DNA of 64,000 nt, taken from positions 1,284,301-1,348,300 of the forward strand of contig NC_069001.1 of the NCBI RefSeq assembly GCF_001194135.2, given 5' to 3'. Below are positions 62,901-64,000 of this stretch, piece after piece. Positions within the stretch are counted from its first letter, which is position 1; every line of letters begins with the position of its first letter. This DNA is from Octopus bimaculoides. Its lineage: Eukaryota. Below the pieces are notes generated by a model. It searched no databases and was not told the DNA's origin. It was given only the letters and a program-made list of their open reading frames with translations. The position numbers were made by a program, and so were the translations under genes.

Positions 62901-64000
62901 TCTTTGTTCGTTCTTACATACGTACTTACGTACATAAATCCGTACGTACGGACGTTCGTTCGTTAGTTCTTTCGTTCTTTCGTACGTACGTACTTCGTTC
63001 ATTAGGTCGTTCGTTTGTTCGTTCGTTCGTTTCAATCGTTCGTTCGTTCGTCCGTCCGTACGTTAGTTCGTTTTGACATACGTTCGTTCGTACGTACGTT
63101 TGTTCGTTCGATCGTTCGAACGTACGTGCGTTCATTCAATCGTACGTACGTACGCTCGCTTTTACGTTCATTCTTACGTATGTACGTACGTACGTTCAAT
63201 CGTTCTTTCGTTCGTTTGTTCGTTCGTTCCTTAATTTCGTTCGTTCATACGTACGGACGTACGTTAGATCTTTCGCACGTACGTACGTACCTTTGTTCGT
63301 TCTTTCGTACGTCCGTACATTCTTTCGTTCAATCGTTCGTTAATTCCTTCGTACGTACGTTCATTCGTGCGTTCGTTAGTTTGTTCGTTCGCTCGTTCGT
63401 TCGTACGTACGTGCGTACGTTCGTTAGTTTGTTCGTTCGTTCATACGTACGAACATACATATGTACCTACTTATGTACGTTCGTTTGTTCGTTCGTTCGT
63501 ACATACGTACGTTCAATTCTTTGTTCGTTCGTTCGTACGTACGTTCGTCCGTTTTATTGTTCGATCGTTCGTTCGTTCGTTGCCTCGTTCTTTCGTACGT
63601 ACGTACGTTCGTGCATTAGGTCGTTAGTTTTTTCGTTCGTTCGTTTCATTCGTTCGTTCGTCCGTCCGTACGTTCGTTCGTTCTGACATACGTTCGTACG
63701 TACGTATGTTTTTTCGTTCGTTCGTTCGTTCATTCATATATATGTACGTAGGAACATACGTACGTTCGTTCTTTCGTTCGTTCGTAATTACGTTCCTTCT
63801 TTCGTTTATTCGTTCGTACGTACGAACTTACTTACGTACGCACGTTCTTTCCTTCCTTCGACCATTTGTTCATACGTACGATCGTTCGTTCGTTCGTACG
63901 TTCGTTAGTTTGTTCGTTCGTTCATACGTACGTACGTACATATGTACCTACTTATGTACGTTCGTTTGTTCGTTCGTTCATTCATATATATGTACGTAGG
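53901..64000. repeat. CpG-rich tetranucleotide-derived satellite (TTCG/TACG words) with 1.1-1.9 kb higher-order repeats; runs off the window end
   Basis: Continuous 4-nt register of TTCG, TACG, TTTG, TTCA, TACA, TTCT. The landmark ATTCTTACGTATGTACGTAC recurs at about 54610, 55909, 57815, 59686, 60885 (variant), 61946 and 63170. Confidence 0.97.

Noticed and set aside
53907-63999. Dozens of long ORFs (up to 395 aa) of RSFVRTYV / NERTNERT type
   Set aside because: Arithmetic consequence of a 4-nt repeat lacking stops; present in all frames and both strands with no domain content.

Overview
Eukaryotic genomic DNA from a gapped, microsatellite- and SINE-saturated assembly. The repeat repertoire (tRNA-derived SINEs with (GAT)n/(ATT)n tails, RTE fragments, TTAA-ended elements) is most consistent with an octopus or other coleoid cephalopod (inference). 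One convincing protein-coding gene is present: a + strand NR5A/FTZ-F1 (SF-1/LRH-1 family) nuclear receptor. Its six coding exons were reconstructed by hand (35083-35200, 41560-41700, 42379-43097, 44154-44258, 44409-44562, 45554-45801), all GT-AG, 1485 nt = 494 aa + stop; at least one upstream exon was not located. Other content: an internally deleted maT (DD37D) mariner, a Tc1/mariner MITE, two RTE LINE fragments, piggyBac-like and Helitron-like non-autonomous pieces, four SINE-like families and several degenerate minisatellites. From about 53.9 kb to the window end there is a >10 kb CpG-rich satellite built from 4-nt words (TTCG/TACG) with a 1.1-1.9 kb higher-order structure, abutting a decayed LINE ORF1-like frame. 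Best leads: the higher-order satellite; an 18-bp minisatellite about 18 kb upstream of ftz-f1 that is an array of TRGGTCA (ROR/HR3-type) half-sites; a 1-nt shifted DBD intron that makes exon 2 symmetric and an exon 2-5 circle a stop-free reading frame flanked by inverted SINEs; and SINE copies that become NR5A binding sites through one CpG change. Nearly all other ORFs in the supplied track are microsatellite or N-gap artefacts. SINE and fragment boundaries are approximate.
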